NCBI GenBank assembly: GCA_005889275.1
Contig: VBFI01000040.1
Coordinates: forward strand, 22,334 to 86,333
Reading direction: 5' to 3'
Origin: Chloroflexota bacterium
GTDB lineage: Bacteria > Chloroflexota > Limnocylindria > P2-11E
Length of the DNA: 64,000 nt
Every line of letters starts with the position of its first letter. Position 1 is the stretch's first letter. The position numbers and the translations under genes are program-made. This document shows positions 7,610-17,123 of the stretch, one piece after another. The notes under the pieces are model-generated. The model was not told where the DNA came from, did not search any database, and saw nothing but the letters and a program-made list of their open reading frames with translations.

Positions 7610-8930
7610 TGATCGACACGGGACGGTCATCTCGCGCCGCGAGAAGGGCCGGCGCTCCGCCCGACAGCTCCTGGTAGAGGCGCTCGATGTCGTCGGTCGC
7701 CTGGACGACCGGGAACGGCGCCTCCATGACCCGCTCGACGCGCTCGTCCACCAGCGCGGGCTCGCGGAAGACTCGGTCGAGCATCGTCTTTTCCTGGACG
7801 CTGCCCACGATGTCGGTCACTTTGCCGGCCGCGCCGTCGGAGGTGACCGGGATCTGCGATATCCCGTAGCGCTGCATGGTGTCGATCGCGCTCCGGACGG
7901 TCTCGGTCTTGGAGACGCAGATGAGCTCCGGGGTTCCCGAGCGATCCTTCACCACGTCGCCCACGGTCGACGGGACGACGAACCCGAGGAACCCGTTCTG
8001 GCGCATCCACTCGTCGTTGAAGATCTTCGAGAGATAGCTGCGACCGGAGTCGGCGAAGAGGACGACGACGAGCGCGCTCGCGTCGAGATCCTTGGCGATC
8101 TCGAGCGCCGCGAACATCGCCGTACCTGACGAGCCGCCGACGAGGATGCCCTCTTCGCGCGTCAGCCGGCGCGCGGTGAGGAAGGCGTCGCGGTCCGAGA
8201 CCCGGACCCAACGATCGACCATCGCGGGATCGAACGTCCCGGGGTAGAAGTCCTCGCCGATCCCCTCGGTCTTGTACGGGTGGATGTCCCCCGTGTAGAT
8301 CGAGCCCTGAGGATCGGCGCCGACGATCACGACACCGCCGTTCCGCTCCTTCAGGTACTTCCCCGCCCCGGTCACGGTGCCGCCGGTCCCGACGCCGGCG
8401 ACGAGGTGGGTGACGCGTCCCTCGGTCTGTTCCCAGATCTCGGGGCCGGTCGTGCGGTAGTGCGCCTCGGGGTTCATCGCGTTGTAGTACTGGTTCGGCT
8501 GGAACGCGCCGGGGATGTCGCGCGTGAGCCGGTCGGCGACCTTGTAGTACGACTCGGGCGACTCCGGTGGCACGGCGCTCGGGCAGACCACCACCTCGGC
8601 CCCGTACGCGCGCAGGAGATCACGCTTCTCCTGGCTCTGCTTGTCGGCCATCGTGCAGATCAGCCGGTAGCCTTTGATCGCCGCGGCCATGGCGAGGCCG
8701 ACGCCGGTGTTCCCGCTCGTGGGCTCCACGATCGTGCCGCCCTTGCGGAGAAGGCCGCGCCGCTCGGCGTCCTCGATCATGAGCGCCCCGATGCGGTCCT
8801 TCACCGAGCCGCCCGGATTCAGGTGCTCGAGCTTCGCGACGATCGTCGGCCGGAGGCCGGCGGCGATCCGTCCCAGACGCACGAGCGGCGTGTGGCCGAC
8901 GAGCGCGAGCACGTCCGGTGCGATCGTCAC
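7554..8930 (-). CDS. cbs: cystathionine beta-synthase with C-terminal CBS (Bateman) pair
   Basis: GTG start at 8930 (VTIAPDVLALVGHTPLVRL). PLP fold motifs GGSVKDR, GNTGVGLA, GVGTGGT. C-terminal CBS domains. ORF-track N-terminal 120 aa is Arg-rich extension. Confidence 0.8.
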   Translation of the reverse strand: MTIAPDVLALVGHTPLVRLGRIAAGLRPTIVAKLEHLNPGGSVKDRIGALMIEDAERRGLLRKGGTIVEPTSGNTGVGLAMAAAIKGYRLICTMADKQSQEKRDLLRAYGAEVVVCPSAVPPESPESYYKVADRLTRDIPGAFQPNQYYNAMNPEAHYRTTGPEIWEQTEGRVTHLVAGVGTGGTVTGAGKYLKERNGGVVIVGADPQGSIYTGDIHPYKTEGIGEDFYPGTFDPAMVDRWVRVSDRDAFLTARRLTREEGILVGGSSGTAMFAALEIAKDLDASALVVVLFADSGRSYLSKIFNDEWMRQNGFLGFVVPSTVGDVVKDRSGTPELICVSKTETVRSAIDTMQRYGISQIPVTSDGAAGKVTDIVGSVQEKTMLDRVFREPALVDERVERVMEAPFPVVQATDDIERLYQELSGGAPALLAARDDRPVSIITKADLLEFVAHQRRATR

Positions 8931-8950
8931 GCGGTCGAGTCTAGGCGCGG

Positions 8951-9439
8951 CTATCCGCTGCGCCGCTCCGCGAGCAGGTACAGGCCAACCGCCATCAGCA
9001 CCAGCGGGACAACGTACGGGACGAGACCCGCCCCGTTCGCGAGTGTGTCGGGAGCGACGACGTCCACGAGCGCGACGAGCGCAAGCACGGCCGCGAGGAC
9101 GAGGGGCACCCAGCGCTCGCGCGCGGCGGCGAAGACGACGAGGAGGCTGAGGGCGAGCGTCCCAAGAAAGATCGGAAAGCGCGTCTCGTCGGGGAGCGAG
9201 AGCCAGAACGGAATGAGCAGACCGGCCGCGAAGCCGATGAGGACGGCCGCCGGCACCAGATACACGTATTGCCGCGCGCCGACCCACCACGCCGCGCCGA
9301 ATGCGATCCCGAGGAAGAGGAAGAGGTCATAGCCGGCGTCGGCGCGGCCCGCGGCCTGGAGCAGGAAGCCCGCGCCGATCGCGAGGAGGACGGCGCCCCC
9401 GAGGATGCCGCGTCGGGCCGGAGCGACCGGGCGCTTCAG
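8951..9439 (-). CDS. small integral membrane protein (4 predicted TM helices)
   Basis: Only the C-terminal ~160 aa of ORF 8951..9979 is protein-like. The rest overlaps thrC in another frame. Start uncertain. Confidence 0.4.
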   Translation of the reverse strand: MKRPVAPARRGILGGAVLLAIGAGFLLQAAGRADAGYDLFLFLGIAFGAAWWVGARQYVYLVPAAVLIGFAAGLLIPFWLSLPDETRFPIFLGTLALSLLVVFAAARERWVPLVLAAVLALVALVDVVAPDTLANGAGLVPYVVPLVLMAVGLYLLAERRSG

Positions 9440-9449
9440 AGCCGCGAGT

Positions 9450-10676
9450 CTAGCGGCCGCTCCTTCGCTCGCCGGGAAGCTCGCCCGCCGCGAGGCTGCG
9501 CGGCGCTTCGCCCTGCAGCGATTCTCCGTAGAGCAGGCCGGTGCCGGTGTTGAAGACGACGACCTCGTCGTCCGCCCCGATCCAGCCGTCCCCGCGGAGC
9601 TTCCCGGCGGCCGCGAGCGCGGCCGCACCCTCGGGACACACGAGCATCCCCTCGCGCTCTCCGGCGACGCGCATCGCGCGCGCGATGTCCGCGTCGGTGA
9701 CCGCGACCGCGGTCCCGTTCGTCTCGCGAAGCGCGCGCAGCACGATGAAGTCACCGAGGGCCTTCGGGACGCGGATCCCGGCCGCGAAGGTCCGCGGGTC
9801 CGGCCAAGGGTCCGATTCGTCGCGGCCCTCGGCGAACGCGCGCACGATGGGCGCGCAGCCCTCGGCCTGTGCCGCGACGAAGCGCGGCCGCTTGCCATCG
9901 AGCCAGCCGATCCCGCCCAGCTCGGAGAACGCCTTCCACATCCCGATGAGTCCGACGCCGCCCCCGGTCGGGTAGACAATCACGTCCGGGACACGCCAGC
10001 CGAGCTGCTCGGCGAGCTCAAAGCCCATCGTCTTCTTTCCTTCGATGCGGTACGGCTCCCGCAGGGTCGACGCGTCGTACCAGCCGGACCGCTCGCATGC
10101 CCGACGCACGACCGCGCCCGCGTCCGCGATCGAGCCGGGCACGAGGTAGACCTCCGCGCCGTACGCGGTGGTCTCTTGCACGATGACCCCAGGAGTGGTC
10201 TCGGGCATGACCACGATCACGCGGATCCCCGCGCGGGCGCCGTACGCCGCCCAGGCCGCGCCGGCGTTGCCGGCGGTCGGGAGCGCGAGCGTGCGGACGC
10301 CGAGCTCGACCGCGCGCGTGACCCCGACCGCCGCGCCGCGCGCCTTGAACGTCCCTGTCGGGAGCAGGCCCTCGTCCTTGACGCGCAGCTTCTCGATACC
10401 GAGCGCGTGCCCGAGGCGCGGAACGTCGTCGAGCGGAGTGATCGGCTCGCCGAGCGAGACGCGATCGTCGCCGCGCATCGGAAGGAGCTCCTGGTACCGC
10501 CACAACGTCCAGGGCCGAGCGGCAAAGGCTTCGCGGCGAAGCGTCTCTCGCGCGCGCACGAGGTCATAGCGGACAAGAAGCGGGCCGCCATCGTTCTTGC
10601 ACACCTGCGCGAGCTGCTCGAGCGTGAAGTCCTCGCCACATCGGGAGCACTCCAGATGGGTCGCGAAGCCGCTCAC
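9450..10676 (-). CDS. thrC: threonine synthase with N-terminal zinc-ribbon
   Basis: GTG at 10676 overlapping murA stop. HLECSRCGEDF zinc ribbon, then PLP-lysine motif GTFKARGA; classical ThrC architecture. Confidence 0.8.
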   Translation of the reverse strand: MSGFATHLECSRCGEDFTLEQLAQVCKNDGGPLLVRYDLVRARETLRREAFAARPWTLWRYQELLPMRGDDRVSLGEPITPLDDVPRLGHALGIEKLRVKDEGLLPTGTFKARGAAVGVTRAVELGVRTLALPTAGNAGAAWAAYGARAGIRVIVVMPETTPGVIVQETTAYGAEVYLVPGSIADAGAVVRRACERSGWYDASTLREPYRIEGKKTMGFELAEQLGWRVPDVIVYPTGGGVGLIGMWKAFSELGGIGWLDGKRPRFVAAQAEGCAPIVRAFAEGRDESDPWPDPRTFAAGIRVPKALGDFIVLRALRETNGTAVAVTDADIARAMRVAGEREGMLVCPEGAAALAAAGKLRGDGWIGADDEVVVFNTGTGLLYGESLQGEAPRSLAAGELPGERRSGR

Positions 10677-11953
10677 GCGGCGCGTTCGATCTTCGCGCCC
10701 AGCGCCCGGAGGCGCGTGTCCAGCTCCTCGTAGCCGCGATCGATCTGCTCGATGTTGTTGATCACGCTCCTGCCTTTGGCGGAGAGCGCCGCGGCAAGCA
10801 TGGCCATGCCGGCGCGGATGTCGGGGCTGCGCACCTCGGCGCCGCGCAGTTTCGATGCACCCATCACCACCGCGCGATAGGGATCCGCGAGCACGATGCG
10901 CGCTCCGAACTCGCGTGTCAGCGTGTCCACGAAGTAGAGACGTCCGTCGAACATCCACTCGTGGATGATCACGACACCCTCGGCCTGCGTGGCGTAGGCA
11001 ACGGCCATGCTCGTGAGGTCGGTCGGGAATCCAGGCCAGATGTTCGGCTTGACCTCGAGGATCGCGTCGCCGATCTCGGTCTGGATCTGGTAGCGCTCGC
11101 GCGCGGGAACGAATAGGTCTTCACCGCGCACCTCGCTCGCGATGCCGAGGCGGCCGAAGACGAAGCGCGTCATGCGCAGGTGCTCGGGCACGGCCTTCCG
11201 GATGGTGACCTCGCCGTGCGTCATCGCCGCCGTGGCCATGAGCGAGCCGATCTCCATGTGATCGCTGAGCACGGTGTGATCGGTCCCGCGCAGTCGTTCC
11301 ACACCGTCGATGACGAGCGTGTTCGTGCCGATCCCGGTGATCTTCGCGCCCATCGCGACGAGCGCCTTGCAGAGCTGCTGTACGTGCGGCTCGCTCGCCG
11401 CGTTCCGCAGCGTCGTGTGTCCCTTCGCGACGCTCGCGGCCAGCACCGCGTTCTCGGTCGCGGTGACCGACGCCTCGTCCAAGATGACGTCCGCGCCCTT
11501 CAGTCCGGTGGTGGTGACCGTGAGCCCTTGCGATGGATCGAGCGCGACGCCGAGCTCGCCGAGCGCCAGGAAATGGCTGTCGACGCGGCGCCGACCGATC
11601 ACGTCGCCGCCCGGCTGGCCGAGCACCGCGCGCCCGCGACGGGCGAGCAGCGGCGCGGCGAAGAGGAGCGACGGACGGATCTCGCGGGCGAGGGCCGCGG
11701 GCAGCTCGTCGGTCCGGAGCTCCTTCGCGGTGATGCGCACGGTGTGACGGTCGACATCGACGACGCTCGCGCCCAGCGTGCTGGCGATCTCGAGCATGTT
11801 GCGCACGTCGCGGATGTGCGGGAGGTTGCGCAGCGTCACCGGTTCGTCGGTGAGGAGGCTGGCCGCGATCAGCGGAAGCGCTTCGTTCTTGTTGCCGGCC
11901 GGAGTGATCTCTCCGCGCAGCGGCGTCCCGCCCTCGACGACGAAGCGTGCCAT
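10673..11953 (-). CDS. murA: UDP-N-acetylglucosamine 1-carboxyvinyltransferase
   Basis: 426 aa. GNKNEALPLIAASLL N-terminal motif and full-length MurA similarity. Confidence 0.9.
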   Translation of the reverse strand: MARFVVEGGTPLRGEITPAGNKNEALPLIAASLLTDEPVTLRNLPHIRDVRNMLEIASTLGASVVDVDRHTVRITAKELRTDELPAALAREIRPSLLFAAPLLARRGRAVLGQPGGDVIGRRRVDSHFLALGELGVALDPSQGLTVTTTGLKGADVILDEASVTATENAVLAASVAKGHTTLRNAASEPHVQQLCKALVAMGAKITGIGTNTLVIDGVERLRGTDHTVLSDHMEIGSLMATAAMTHGEVTIRKAVPEHLRMTRFVFGRLGIASEVRGEDLFVPARERYQIQTEIGDAILEVKPNIWPGFPTDLTSMAVAYATQAEGVVIIHEWMFDGRLYFVDTLTREFGARIVLADPYRAVVMGASKLRGAEVRSPDIRAGMAMLAAALSAKGRSVINNIEQIDRGYEELDTRLRALGAKIERAA

Positions 11954-11975
11954 CGCGCGAAAGGGTAGCGGCTCG

Positions 11976-12710
11976 CTACGGCTGGAGGCTGAAGTTGGCG
12001 GCGATCTGGTCGAACGTCGACCGGTAGGTCTCGGCGTCCTCGGTCCGTGTCGTGAAGGTGATGACGAACGCGTCCTTCCCCTTCAGGGCGACGTACTGGA
12101 AGAACGACGCGTTGAGCTGCCCGTTGGCCGTCTGGATCGGGAACTCGTAGCGGATGCGGCGGCCATCGAGATCACCGATCCGTGCGGACTCGACCTTGGG
12201 AGCGTTCGTCTTCAGCTGCACCTCGACCTGGGACGAGGCCAGCTGCGCGAATACGTCAGCGGTCATCTCCGACGGCAGCGCCTGGTGGAGGACGTTCAGG
12301 TTCGTCAGCAGCCCGCGGCCGGGGGTACCAAAGTCGAAGGCGATGACCTTGATGCCTTGCTGGATCAGTGTCTGAAGCTGCTCGAGCGAGTACGCCTGAC
12401 CGAACGTTGGATTCTGGTCGACCATCGTCTTGAAGGCCGCGTTCATCGTTTGCGGATCCATGTCGATCGCGCGCCACGTCGGCGGGATCCCCATGCTGAA
12501 CCCATCCGCGGCGCGTGTGATCGTCGTCCAACCCGTCGGGAGTGGGCTCCTGGTCGGCGACGGCGACGGCGTCGGCGATGGGGTCGGGCTGGGTATTGGC
12601 GTCGGGCTCGGTGACGCGGTCGCGGTCTCTGCGCCACACGCGGCGAACAGGAGTGCCGCGACCACGAACAGACGTCTCCAACGCATGCGAAGGATGCTAG
12701 GGACTGCCAC
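11976..12710 (-). CDS. lipoprotein with Pro/Ser/Thr-rich linker
   Basis: Signal peptide plus lipobox (LLFAAC), then SPSPTPIPSPTPSPTPSPSP linker and a globular domain. Confidence 0.55.
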   Translation of the reverse strand: MAVPSILRMRWRRLFVVAALLFAACGAETATASPSPTPIPSPTPSPTPSPSPTRSPLPTGWTTITRAADGFSMGIPPTWRAIDMDPQTMNAAFKTMVDQNPTFGQAYSLEQLQTLIQQGIKVIAFDFGTPGRGLLTNLNVLHQALPSEMTADVFAQLASSQVEVQLKTNAPKVESARIGDLDGRRIRYEFPIQTANGQLNASFFQYVALKGKDAFVITFTTRTEDAETYRSTFDQIAANFSLQP

Positions 12711-12845
12711 AAGCAGACAGCCGCGTAGTCATCGCATCTTCTCAGGTGGCGTTGAGGTCCCTCTCATGCGGCGGTGCGTCCACTCCCGCACGGTGGGAGA
12801 CGAGCTCGCGGTATCGCGGGCATCACGAAACGAAGGAGACACGCG

Positions 12846-13109
12846 ATGAACATCCGAAAGCACGTCCTCGCCGCGATCGTCGGAGGGTCGGTCCTCGCCG
12901 GCGCGGCGATCGGCGCGATCTCGTTCGGAGCCGGTTCGCTCAGCGCGTTCGCGGCGACGGGCACCGCGACTGGTTCCGGGTTCCGCATGGACACCCCGGC
13001 CGCGTCACCCGGCGTCTTCAAGCCGAACGAGGATCCGGCCCACGAGGCGACCGAGAGCGCGCAACGCGAAGCGCAGGAGAACGCGGGCCAGGTCCCGACC
13101 GTCCCCTGA
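12846..13109 (+). CDS. small secreted protein (87 aa)
   Basis: AAGGAGA SD 7 nt before ATG (MNIRKHVLAAIVGG...). Long hydrophobic N-terminus; no Flp motif. ORF track started at an upstream ATG. Confidence 0.5.
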   Translation: MNIRKHVLAAIVGGSVLAGAAIGAISFGAGSLSAFAATGTATGSGFRMDTPAASPGVFKPNEDPAHEATESAQREAQENAGQVPTVP

Positions 13110-13171
13110 GCTCGATCGATCGGGATCGCGCGAGGTAGTGGCCGAGCGCGATCCCGACGTTCGTTTCTGGG

Positions 13172-14755
13172 CTACGGGATCACGAGGTGCACAGGGTTGC
13201 CGCGGATGTTCACCTCCCAGGTCGTCACATCCTGGCCGGAGGTCCCGACGTTGTACTGGATCTTCCACCAGCCCGGTTGCGTCTCGCCGGGCGGCGTGGG
13301 CGCGTCGTAGCTCGTCGGCAGGGGCACGGTGATGGTGACCCACTGGTTGTTGTAGTAGGTCGTAAAAGCGTTGGACGTCGCGAGTGAAGTCTGTGGGCCA
13401 CCGCTCGTTGGCGCGCCCCCGGAGCTGCCCGTGGCCGTGAATCGGAAGCTCGCGTCGACGTAACCGGTTGCCGTTGGCTGCTCGATGCGGAGCGTCGTGT
13501 TCGTGACGTCTCCCGGGTCGAAGAGCCTGATTTCGAGGGTCTTCCCCGCGTACACCGCGTCGACCTGCGCGAGATAGAAGAGCGCGGTCGTGTTCGCGAT
13601 GTTCACATAGGCGCACATACGACTTTGCCCGTAGACCCGCGCCGCGCTGCCCGACATGGTCGTCACCTGGATCCCGAAATTGTTGAGGCCGCTCTGGGCT
13701 GTGGCGCCCTGGCTCGTCGTGACCTGGAGCCGATAGCTTCCCTCGCCGAGTCCAGAGGCGAGCTGCCACCAGTGGTTGTGGTACGGGTTCGTCGCGCAGT
13801 CCGGTGAGCTGAGTCCGGTGTAGAACGCGCCGTAGTTGTGGTCGCCGCCGTAGTCGACGCTCTTGTCCACGTAGTCCATGTTCGCGAACAGGCCGCCGTC
13901 CGTCGCCATGAGCACGTCGTCCGCCGTTGAGTAGGGGGTTCCCTCCATGTTCCAGAGCTTGAACTCGGTGGTGACCTGTCGCGTGCCGGCGATGCTGTAC
14001 CAGGCCTCGCCCATGCCGAGGTGTTGGAACGGCGTTGAGGTCCGGCGGCCTGTCGGGCAGAAGATCGGATCGAAGATCCAGACCGCGCCTCCGAGCGTGC
14101 CGGCGGGGAACTCGACGATGTACGAGTAGCCGTTCGCGTCGTACTGCGTGTTCAGGGTCGGTGCCGGGTTGTAGTAGGTCGAGTACGCGTCTCCATTGGA
14201 ACGGTCTCCGCCCTTCGCGATCACCGCGCCCCAGAAGCCTTGCGAGGCGTCGGTGCCGATCCCGGTCGCCGACGGAACGGCCGGGCACGCGTTGTACGGG
14301 TCGGTGTTGCGACAGAGCGTCGCGACACCGTAGTAATCCTGCGGGCTGCCCATGGGCAGGGGAAGCACGAACTCGGCGCGCGAGTTCCGCTCTCCCGGGA
14401 ACGTCGCGACGCCGACGATCTTCGCGAAGTAGCTCTGGACGGGTGCGCGGATCGTGACCGCGAGCGCGCGGTTGTTGAGCGAGTCCTGCACCGGAGTGAC
14501 CGAGACACCGCCGACGCCGTTGGTGTAGCCATTCTTCGTGGCCTCGGCGAGCGCCGCGGTGTTGGCCCCCGTCGGGTCTCCGGGGAGGTAGACCACACCC
14601 GCGAGCGCGGCGGCGTCCGCGGCCCGTTGCATGCGGACGAGGTTGAAGGAGAACCAGCTGACGTCGACGCCGAGTCCGACGAGGGCGATGAGCAACGTGA
14701 GAAGCAAGGCCGCGACGACGATCGTTTGACCGTGCTCGTCTTTAACGAGTCGCAT
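13172..14755 (-). CDS. TadG-like pilus-associated protein (Tad N-terminal domain + large Gly/Thr/Tyr-rich extracellular domain)
   Basis: 527 aa. N-terminus GQTIVVAALLLTLLIALVGLGVDVSWFSFNLVRMQRAADAAALAG matches the TadE/G-like assembly domain. Remainder is beta-rich and adhesin-like. Confidence 0.7.
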   Translation of the reverse strand: MRLVKDEHGQTIVVAALLLTLLIALVGLGVDVSWFSFNLVRMQRAADAAALAGVVYLPGDPTGANTAALAEATKNGYTNGVGGVSVTPVQDSLNNRALAVTIRAPVQSYFAKIVGVATFPGERNSRAEFVLPLPMGSPQDYYGVATLCRNTDPYNACPAVPSATGIGTDASQGFWGAVIAKGGDRSNGDAYSTYYNPAPTLNTQYDANGYSYIVEFPAGTLGGAVWIFDPIFCPTGRRTSTPFQHLGMGEAWYSIAGTRQVTTEFKLWNMEGTPYSTADDVLMATDGGLFANMDYVDKSVDYGGDHNYGAFYTGLSSPDCATNPYHNHWWQLASGLGEGSYRLQVTTSQGATAQSGLNNFGIQVTTMSGSAARVYGQSRMCAYVNIANTTALFYLAQVDAVYAGKTLEIRLFDPGDVTNTTLRIEQPTATGYVDASFRFTATGSSGGAPTSGGPQTSLATSNAFTTYYNNQWVTITVPLPTSYDAPTPPGETQPGWWKIQYNVGTSGQDVTTWEVNIRGNPVHLVIP

Positions 14756-15332
14756 TGAGAGGCATGACCGCGGTGTCGCTCAGGTTTATGGTCGCGAGCC
14801 CCGCGGCGACCAGGCGAAGCGGCGTGTACGCCCGGTACACGTAACGCACCGTGATGCCGACCGAATCCGCCGGAGTGACGTTGTTCCGTGAGCACGCGGG
14901 CCAGCCGCTCGACTGCTGCGCGAAATCGAGAGGCTCTCCCGCGACGACCGGCCCTCCGGCGGCCGAGAAGATCCAGACGTTCACCGCGCCGGGTGTCTCA
15001 CCGCCCGTCGTCGTCGCTTTGTAGATGTGAATGTCGGTCACGCTCGCCGTCGACACCTGAGCACCGGAGGCGGTGAGGACGCGCTCGACCGCGGCGATGA
15101 CGAGTGGATCGACGGTCGAGGCGTTCGGGGAGTTGCCCGCGGCGCAGCCGAGCGCACCGCCGCCGTTCACCAGGGCGCCCGCGACGCGCGCCCCCTCGCG
15201 CGTGGCCGCCGCGATGGTCATCGCCTGGTTGATCGCGTTGGCGAGCTCGATCACGCCGAAGACGAGGACGAGGAGCAGCGGAACGAGGAGCGCGAGCTCG
15301 GTGGTGGCCTGAGCGCTTTCGTCGCGCCTCAC
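14742..15332 (-). CDS. TadE-like pseudopilin
   Basis: GTG at 15332 overlapping upstream stop (GTGA). AQATTELALLVPLLLVLVFGVIE motif. Confidence 0.7.
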   Translation of the reverse strand: MRRDESAQATTELALLVPLLLVLVFGVIELANAINQAMTIAAATREGARVAGALVNGGGALGCAAGNSPNASTVDPLVIAAVERVLTASGAQVSTASVTDIHIYKATTTGGETPGAVNVWIFSAAGGPVVAGEPLDFAQQSSGWPACSRNNVTPADSVGITVRYVYRAYTPLRLVAAGLATINLSDTAVMPLNATR

Positions 15333-15901
15333 AGCGTCGGCTCCTCGCGGACCGCCGTGCTTCGCTGGAACGTGATCGAACCGGCGATGAACTTCCCGAA
15401 CGTCGTCACCCACTGGTGCGTGTAGGTGATGCGGACGCCGATGGTGTCCACGGTCGTGTGCGCCACATCGCAGCCGTCCAGGGCGTCACACCGATCGCTT
15501 TCCGGGTAGTCGGCGGTCGTAAGGGTGTACGGGATCGTGACCGACGCGCCGCCACCGTAGGAGCAGGTCAGCGAGCCGGTGCGGTCGTAACTCTGCACGT
15601 TCGAGCCGATCTGGTTTCCGTTCGAGTCCGACCAGTAGATCTCGACGCGCGCCACCCGGGAAGGCGTCGTCGGCGGTGTGAGGTCCCGCTCGATCGCGCG
15701 AAGGACCTGGCAATCGGTTCCTTCGGTCTTCCCCCCTTCGGCGGCGAGGAGCGCCGCGGCGCGGCTCACGAAGTTGACGGTGCTCGCGGCATTGAGAAGG
15801 ACCCCGAACTCGACCAGACCAAAGATCAGGAGGAGAAAGATCGGGAGGACGATGGCGAACTCAATGAGCGCCTGCCCACGATCCGTGCCCTCCCGCGCCA
15901 T
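15329..15901 (-). CDS. TadE-like pseudopilin
   Basis: MAREGTDRGQALIEFAIVLPIFLLLIFGLVEFG is a textbook TadE N-terminus. Confidence 0.75.
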   Translation of the reverse strand: MAREGTDRGQALIEFAIVLPIFLLLIFGLVEFGVLLNAASTVNFVSRAAALLAAEGGKTEGTDCQVLRAIERDLTPPTTPSRVARVEIYWSDSNGNQIGSNVQSYDRTGSLTCSYGGGASVTIPYTLTTADYPESDRCDALDGCDVAHTTVDTIGVRITYTHQWVTTFGKFIAGSITFQRSTAVREEPTL

Positions 15902-16164
15902 GGTGAAGCGAAGGATGGCCGACCACGAAGCCGAGGCTGCTGGTACTTCCGGCTAATCAATGGTGACCCGGACTCTACGGTCGAGGATTGTTCTAGGACC
16001 CGACCAAGGACGGCCAAGCGAACGGACTCACGTCTCGTCTCAGGGCGGGCGGTCTGGTCGGCGGTCGATTTGGCGTCACGCGAGTGGCACAGCCCCTGCA
16101 AGCCCACCCCTCACCGGCGCGGCTGCCTGCCTGGCGGGCGCGTCAATGATGCGGAGGAGCCAAG

Positions 16165-17064
16165 ATGAGACGTGCCACGATCGCGCTTGCCGTCGCCGCG
16201 GCGGTCATCCTCACCGGCCTGTTCCAGCGTCCGCCCGCGGCCGCACTCGGTATGACCCAGGTCACGCTTAACTGCACCGACGGGACGAGCTTCACGATCG
16301 TGGTCGACGCCGACACCCTGACCGGTCTTGTCGCCTCGGTCCAAGGGATGGTCGACTATCCGGCGGGTCTCAACTGCACGCTGATCCAGGTCCCGCTCCT
16401 AACGTTGTTCGGGCACGTTGCCCTCGCGACCAACCCGAACAAGATGGTCGTCGCCGGCGGCCGGTGGCTCGTCACCTGCACCGAGGTGGCCAAAACCGGA
16501 GGATTCACAACCTCCGTACCCCCGGGAACCGTCGCCTCCGGGGCGAACCGGCCGACGTTCGCGATGCTTCTGCCCGCGCCCCTCGCATCGGGGTCCACGC
16601 CATGCGACGAGGATCTGGCAAACGGGTGCATCTGGGTGAACATCGGCGCGAACGTCCACCTCAACGGCCAGGGCGTGCTCGAGGGCTCGATCAACGAGAC
16701 GATCCCGGAGAATCAGTCCTGCCCGAACATCGCCGACGTGAACGGACCAATCCCGCTCGGCCCCAGCCATTTCGACTCGAAGCCAATGCCCGCGAGCTGC
16801 CTCTTCGTGAGCGGGAGCACGGCGCTCACAACCACGTACGTCACGCACGTCTTCGGCTTCACCTTCACGGTCATCTCCGGCCTCTCGGAGAGCCCCGCAT
16901 CTGCGGTTCACTCGCAGTTCGTGGACGTAGGCAACCCTTCGTCGGTCAGAGATCAGCTGAACGCCCCACCGGTTCCCCCGAACAGCAACTGCGATAGTCA
17001 CGCGAGCATCACCGATGGGAACTTCACCCTGCAGAACGGCAACATCAACGTGTACGGCGGCTGA
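16165..17064 (+). CDS. secreted Cys-rich hypothetical protein (9 Cys, repeated N-C-T motifs)
   Basis: 299 aa with signal peptide. Divergent from tadE/tadG module. Visibly lower GC than its flanks. Followed by a strong hairpin terminator. Confidence 0.6.
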   Translation: MRRATIALAVAAAVILTGLFQRPPAAALGMTQVTLNCTDGTSFTIVVDADTLTGLVASVQGMVDYPAGLNCTLIQVPLLTLFGHVALATNPNKMVVAGGRWLVTCTEVAKTGGFTTSVPPGTVASGANRPTFAMLLPAPLASGSTPCDEDLANGCIWVNIGANVHLNGQGVLEGSINETIPENQSCPNIADVNGPIPLGPSHFDSKPMPASCLFVSGSTALTTTYVTHVFGFTFTVISGLSESPASAVHSQFVDVGNPSSVRDQLNAPPVPPNSNCDSHASITDGNFTLQNGNINVYGG

Positions 17065-17088
17065 GCCTGATCCTTCGCCAGGTCGCAA

Positions 17089-17123
17089 GACAGCGGGCCG
17101 TCGTCGGCCCGCTGTCGCTTTCT
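17089..17123 (+). terminator. rho-independent-type hairpin (GACAGCGGGCC-GTCGTC-GGCCCGCTGTC) followed by GCTTTCT
   Basis: Perfect 11-bp stem read directly, 25 nt after the stop of the 16165..17064 gene. Also sits at the end of the converging small ORF. Confidence 0.55.

Noticed and set aside
9405-10733. 442-aa plus-strand ORF antisense to thrC
   Set aside because: Low-complexity Arg/Asp/Glu composition, no domain features; thrC is convincing.
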